Shown: piece by piece, positions 58,801 to 64,000 of the stretch | Position numbering within the stretch: position 1 is the first letter of the stretch | Layout of the letters: every line of letters begins with the position of its first letter | Assembly: GCA_964016885.1 (NCBI GenBank) | Contig: CAXHJY010001477.1 | Location: 778,315-842,314, forward strand | Source: Eledone cirrhosa | Taxonomy: Eukaryota | Length of the DNA: 64,000 nt | Direction: 5' to 3' | The notes under the pieces: generated by a model | The model's database searches: none | What the model saw: the letters and a program-made list of their open reading frames with translations, nothing else | Told to the model about the DNA's origin: nothing | Made by a program: the position numbers and the translations under genes

Positions 58801-61800
58801 TACCCTGCTATTGTAGTGTAGTGACATAACAAGAGACAGTACAGTACAGTACAGTACACAGTCACATATATACCCTGCTATTGTAGTGTAGTGACATAAC
58901 AAGAGACAGTACAGTACAGTACACAGTCACATATATACCCTGCTATTGTAGTGTAGTGACATACCAAGAGACAGTACAGTACAGTACACAGTCACATATA
59001 TACCCTGCTATTGTAATGTAGTGACATACCAAGAGACAGTACAGTACAGTACAGTCACATATATACCCTGCTATTGTAGTGTAGTGACATACCAAGAGAC
59101 AGTACAGTACACAGTCACATATATACCCTGCTATTGTAGTGTAGTGACATACCAAGAGACAGTACAGTACAGTACACAGTGACATATATACCCTGCTATT
59201 GTAGTGTAGTGACATACCAAGAGACAGTACAGTACAGTACAGTACACAGTCACAAATATACCCTGCTATTGTAGTGTAGTGACATACCAAGAGACAGTAC
59301 AGTACACAGTCACATATATACCCTGCTATTGTAGTGTAGTGACATACCAAGAGACAGTACAGTACAGTACACAGTCACATATATACCCTGCTATTGTAGT
59401 GTAGTGACATACCAAGAGACAGTACAGTACAGTACACAGTCACATATATACCCTGCTATTGTAGTGTAGTGACATACCAAGAGACAGTACAGTACAGTAC
59501 AGTACACAGTCACATACATACCCTGCTATTGTAGTATAGTGACATACCAAGAGACAGTACAGTACACAGTCACATATATACCCTGCTATTGTAATGTAGT
59601 GACATACCAAGAGACAGTACAGTACAGTACAGTCACATATATACCCTGCTATTGTAGTGTAGTGACATAGCAAGAGACAGTACAGTACAGTACACAGTCA
59701 CATATATACCCTGCTATTGTAGTGTAGTGACATACCAAGAGACAGTACAGTACAGTACAGTACACAGTGACATATATACCTTGCTATTGTAGTGTAGTGA
59801 CATACCAAGAGACAGTACAGTACAGTACAGTACACAGTCACAAATATACCCTGCTATTGTAGTGACATACCAAGAGACAGTACAGTACACAGTCACATAT
59901 ATACCCTGCTATTGTAGTGTAGTGACATACCAAGAGACAGTACAGTACAGTACACAGTCATATATATACCCTGCTATTGTAGTGTAGTGACATACCAAGA
60001 GACAGTACAGTACAGTACACAGTCACATATATACCCTGCTATTGTAGTGTAGTGTAGTGACATACCAAGAGACAGTACAGTACAGTACAGTACACAGTCA
60101 CATATATACCCTGCTATTGTAATATAGTGACATACCAAGAGACAGTACAGTAGACAGTCACATATATACCCTGCTATTGTAGTGTAGTGACATACCAAGA
60201 GACAGTACAGTACAGTCACATATATACCCTGCTATTGTAGTGTAGTGACATACCAAGAGACAGTACAGTACACAGTCACATATATACCCTGCTATTGTAA
60301 GTGTAGTGACATACCAAGAGACAGTACAGTACAGTACACAGTCACATATATACCCTGCTATTGTAGTATAGTGACATACCAAGAGACAGTACAGTACACA
60401 GTCACATATATACTCTGCTATTGTAATGTAATGACATACCAAGAGACAGTACAGTACAGTACACAGTCACATATATACCCTGCTATTGTAGTGTAGTGAC
60501 ATACCAAGAGACAGTACAGTACAGTACACAGTCACATATATACCCTGCTATTGTAGTGTAGTGACATACCAAGAAACAGTACAGTACAGTACAGTCACAT
60601 ATATACCCTGCTATTGTAGTGTAGTGACATACCAAGAGACAGTACAGTACAGTACACAGTCACATATATACCCTGCTATTGTAGTGTAGTGACATACCAA
60701 GAGACAGTACAGTACAGTACAGTACACAGTCACATATATACCCTGCTATTGTAGTGTAGTGACATACCAAGAGACAGTACAGTACACAGTCACATATATA
60801 CCCTGCTATTGTAATGTAGTGACATACCAAGAGACAGTACAGTACAGTACAGTCACATATATACCCTGCTATTGTAGTGTAGTGACATAGCAAGAGACAG
60901 TACAGTACAGTACACAGTCACATATATACCCTGCTATTGTAGTGTAGTGACATACCAAGAGACAGTACAGTACAGTACAGTACACAGTGACATATATACC
61001 CTGCTATTGTAGTGTAGTGACATACCAAGAGACAGTACAGTACAGTACAGTACACAGTCACAAATATACCCTGCTATTGTAGTGTAGTGACATACCAAGA
61101 GACAGTACAGTACACAGTCACATATATACTCTGCTATTGTAATGTAATGACATACCAAGAGACAGTACAGTACAGTACACAGTCACATATATACCCTGCT
61201 ATTGTAGTGTAGTGACATACCAAGAGACAGTACAGTACAGTACACAGTCACATATATACCCTGCTATTGTAGTGTAGTGACATACCAAGAAACAGTACAG
61301 TACAGTACAGTCACATATATACCCTGCTATTGTAGTGTAGTGACATACCAAGAGACAGTACCGTACAATACACAGTCACATATATACCCTGCTATTGTAG
61401 TGTAGTGACATACCAAGAGACAGTACAGTACAGTACAGTACACAGTCACATATATACCCTGCTATTGTAGTGTAGTGACATACCAAGAGACAGTACAGTA
61501 CAGTACAGTCACATACATACCCTGCTATTGTAGTGTAGTGACATACCAAGAGACAGTACAGTACAGTACACAGTCACATATATACCCTGCTATTGTAGTG
61601 TAGTGACATACCAAGAGACAGTACAGTACAGTACACAGTCACATATATACCCTGCTATTGTAGTGTAGTGACATACCAAGAGACAGTACAGTACAGTACA
61701 GTACACAGTCACATATATACCCTGCTATTGTAGTGTAGTGACATACAAGAGACAGTACAGTACACAGTCACATATATACCCTGCTATTGTAATGTAGTGA

Positions 61801-63930
61801 CATACCAAGAGACAGTACAGTACAGTACAGTCACATATATACCCTGCTATTGTAGTGTAGTGACATAGCAAGAGACAGTACAGTACAGTACACAGTCACA
61901 TATATACCCTGCTATTGTAGTGTAGTGACATACCAAGAGACAGTACAGTACAGTACAGTACACAGTGACATATATACCCTGCTATTGTAGTGTAGTGACA
62001 TACCAAGAGACAGTACAGTACAGTACAGTACACAGTCACAAATATACCCTGCTATTGTAGTGTAGTGACATACCAAGAGACAGTACAGTACACAGTCACA
62101 TATATACCCTGCTATTGTAGTGTAGTGACATACCAAGAGACAGTACAGTACAGTACACAGTCATATATATACCCTGCTATTGTAGTGTAGTGACATACCA
62201 AGAGACAGTACAGTACAGTACACAGTCACATATATACCCTGCTATTGTAGTGTAGTGTAGTGACATACCAAGAGACAGTACAGTACAGTACAGTACACAG
62301 TCACATATATACCCTGCTATTGTAATATAGTGACATACCAAGAGACAGTACAGTAGACAGTCACATATATACCCTGCTATTGTAGTGTAGTGACATACCA
62401 AGAGACAGTACAGTACAGTACAGTAGTCACATATATACCCTGCTATTGTAGTGTAGTGACATACCAAGAGACAGTACAGTACACAGTCACATATATACCC
62501 TGCTATTGTAGTGTAGTGACATACCAAGAGACAGTACAGTACAGTACACAGTCACATATATACCCTGCTATTGTAGTATAGTGACATACCAAGAGACAGT
62601 ACAGTACACAGTCACATATATACTCTGCTATTGTAATGTAGTGACATACCAACAGACAGTACAGTACACAGTCACATATATACCCTGCTATTGTAGTGTA
62701 GTGACATACAAGAGACAGTACAGTACAGTACACAGTCACATATATACCCTGCTATTGTAGTGTAGTGACATACCAAGAAACAGTACAGTACAGTACAGTC
62801 ACATATATACCCTGCTATTGTAGTGTAGTGACATACCAAGAGACAGTACCGTACAATACACAGTCACATATATACCCTGCTATTGTAGTGTAGTGACATA
62901 CCAAGAGACAGTACAGTACAGTACAGTACACAGTCACATATATACCCTGCTATTGTAGTGTAGTGACATACCAAGAGACAGTACAGTACAGTCACATACA
63001 TACCCTGCTATTGTAGTGTAGTGACATACCAAGAGACAGTACAGTACAGTACAGTACACAGTCACATATATACCCTGCTATTGTAGTGTAGTGACATACC
63101 AAGAGACAGTACAGTACAGTACAGTCACATACATACCCTGCTATTGTAGTGTAGTGACATACCAAGAGACAGTACAGTACAGTACAGTCACATATATACC
63201 CTGCTATTGTAGTGTAGTGACATACCAAGAGACAGTACAGTACACAGTCACATATATACCCTGCTATTGTAGTGTAGTGACATACCAAGAGACAGTACAG
63301 TACAGTACACAGTCACATATATACCCTGCTATTGTTGTGTAGTGACATACCAAGAGACAGTACAGTACAATACACAGTCACATATATACCCTGCTATTGT
63401 AATGTAGTGACATACCAAGAGACAGTACAGTACACAGTCACATATATACCCTGCTATTGTAGTGTAGTGACATACCAAGAGACAGTACAGTACAGTACAG
63501 TCACATATATCCCCTGCTATTGTAATGTAGTGACATACCAAGAGACAGTACAGTACAGTACAGTCACATATATACCCTGCTATTGTAGTGTAGTGACATA
63601 CCAAGAGACAGTACAGTACACAGTCACATATATACCCTGCTATTGTAGTGTAGTGACATACCAAGAGACTAGTACAGTACACAGTCACATATATACCCTG
63701 CTATTGTAGTGTAGTGACATACCAAGAGACAGTACAGTACAGTACAGTCACATATATACCCTGCTATTGTAGTGTAGTGACATACCAAGAGACAGTACAG
63801 TACAGTACACAGTCACATATATACCCTGCTATTGTAGTGTAGTGACATACCAAGAGACAGTACAGTACAGTACAGTACACAGTCACATATATACCCTGCT
63901 ATTGTAGTGTAGTGACATACCAAGAGACAG
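55880..63930. repeat. Terminal zone of the array with shorter (1.2-2.2 kb) imperfect duplications
   Basis: ORFs 56387/58338 are offset by 1951 and 59440/60660 by 1220. An extra TAGTG occurs at ~57965, ~60050 and ~62250, and GTACCGTACAATAC at ~61341 and ~62850. Confidence 0.8.
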
Positions 63931-64000
63931 ACACATAAAACAAAACAAAAATCAACACAAAATATAACAAAAACAGTAAATTTTAAACAAAGAAAACATT
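63931..64000. other. Unique A-rich, low-complexity flank (right boundary of the array)
   Basis: ACACATAAAACAAAACAAAAATCAACACAAAATATAACAAAAACAGTAAATTTTAAACAAAGAAAACATT: no monomer core, strongly A-rich, with short CAAAA motifs. Confidence 0.9.

Larger units (their letters stand above)
1..63930. repeat. Tandem satellite/minisatellite array of a composite ~53-88 bp monomer (48-bp core + (CAGTA)n +/- CA); runs off the left edge of the window
   Basis: Seen directly: the core CAGTCACATATATACCCTGCTATTGTAGTGTAGTGACATACCAAGAGA recurs head-to-tail throughout, in one orientation, with only scattered substitutions and small indels. No foreign insert was noticed. Confidence 0.99.

Noticed and set aside
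5-63709. Hundreds of short Cys/Tyr/Thr/Val-rich ORFs on both strands (TYQETVQY..., VCHYTTIAGYICDC...)
   Set aside because: They are translations of the repeat. Frames stay open only across monomers whose length is a multiple of 3 (60, 63, 75) and shift at 58, 65 and 70 bp. Most starts are GTG/TTG within the repeat, none exceeds 154 aa, and nothing suggests frame conservation.
1-63930. CRISPR array (constant 48-bp repeat with variable intervening sequence)
   Set aside because: The intervening segments are only (CAGTA)n +/- CA of 5-40 bp, not unique spacers of uniform length. There are no cas genes in the window, and the kb-scale HOR structure is satellite-like.
1-63930. Telomeric repeat tract
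   Set aside because: There is no TTAGGG/TTAGG-type G-rich strand; TAGTG occurs only 2-3 times per monomer. A subtelomeric location cannot be excluded but is unsupported.
63931-64000. CRISPR leader, terminator or retroelement poly(A) tail
   Set aside because: Only 70 bp are visible, with no hairpin and no element body. It is recorded simply as an A-rich flank.

Overview
Positions 1-~63930 are one uninterrupted, single-orientation tandem array (satellite/minisatellite-type DNA) of roughly 1,000 monomers, estimated from length. Each monomer is a conserved 48-bp core (CAGTCACATATATACCCTGCTATTGTAGTGTAGTGACATACCAAGAGA) followed by a variable (CAGTA)n tract (n=1-8, mostly 2-4) and an optional CA. 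Monomer lengths are therefore 48+5n or 50+5n bp (commonly 58, 60, 63, 65, 70). The consensus is about 40% GC and has no CpG. Private point variants show nested higher-order repeats (HORs): a 6782-bp unit containing 1615- and 1961-bp duplications (1-15.2 kb), a poorly ordered zone (16.2-20.4 kb), seven 3.6-5.6 kb units in A-A-B-C-A-B-C order (22.3-55.9 kb), and a terminal zone of shorter duplications. The array ends abruptly at ~63930 and the last ~70 bp are unique A-rich sequence. I find no credible protein-coding gene, RNA gene, transposon or CRISPR array; all listed ORFs are translations of the repeat. The organisation is typical of eukaryotic satellite DNA (inference), and I cannot assign a family or species. 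I see no evidence of a new gene-encoded system; the interest lies in the repeat architecture.
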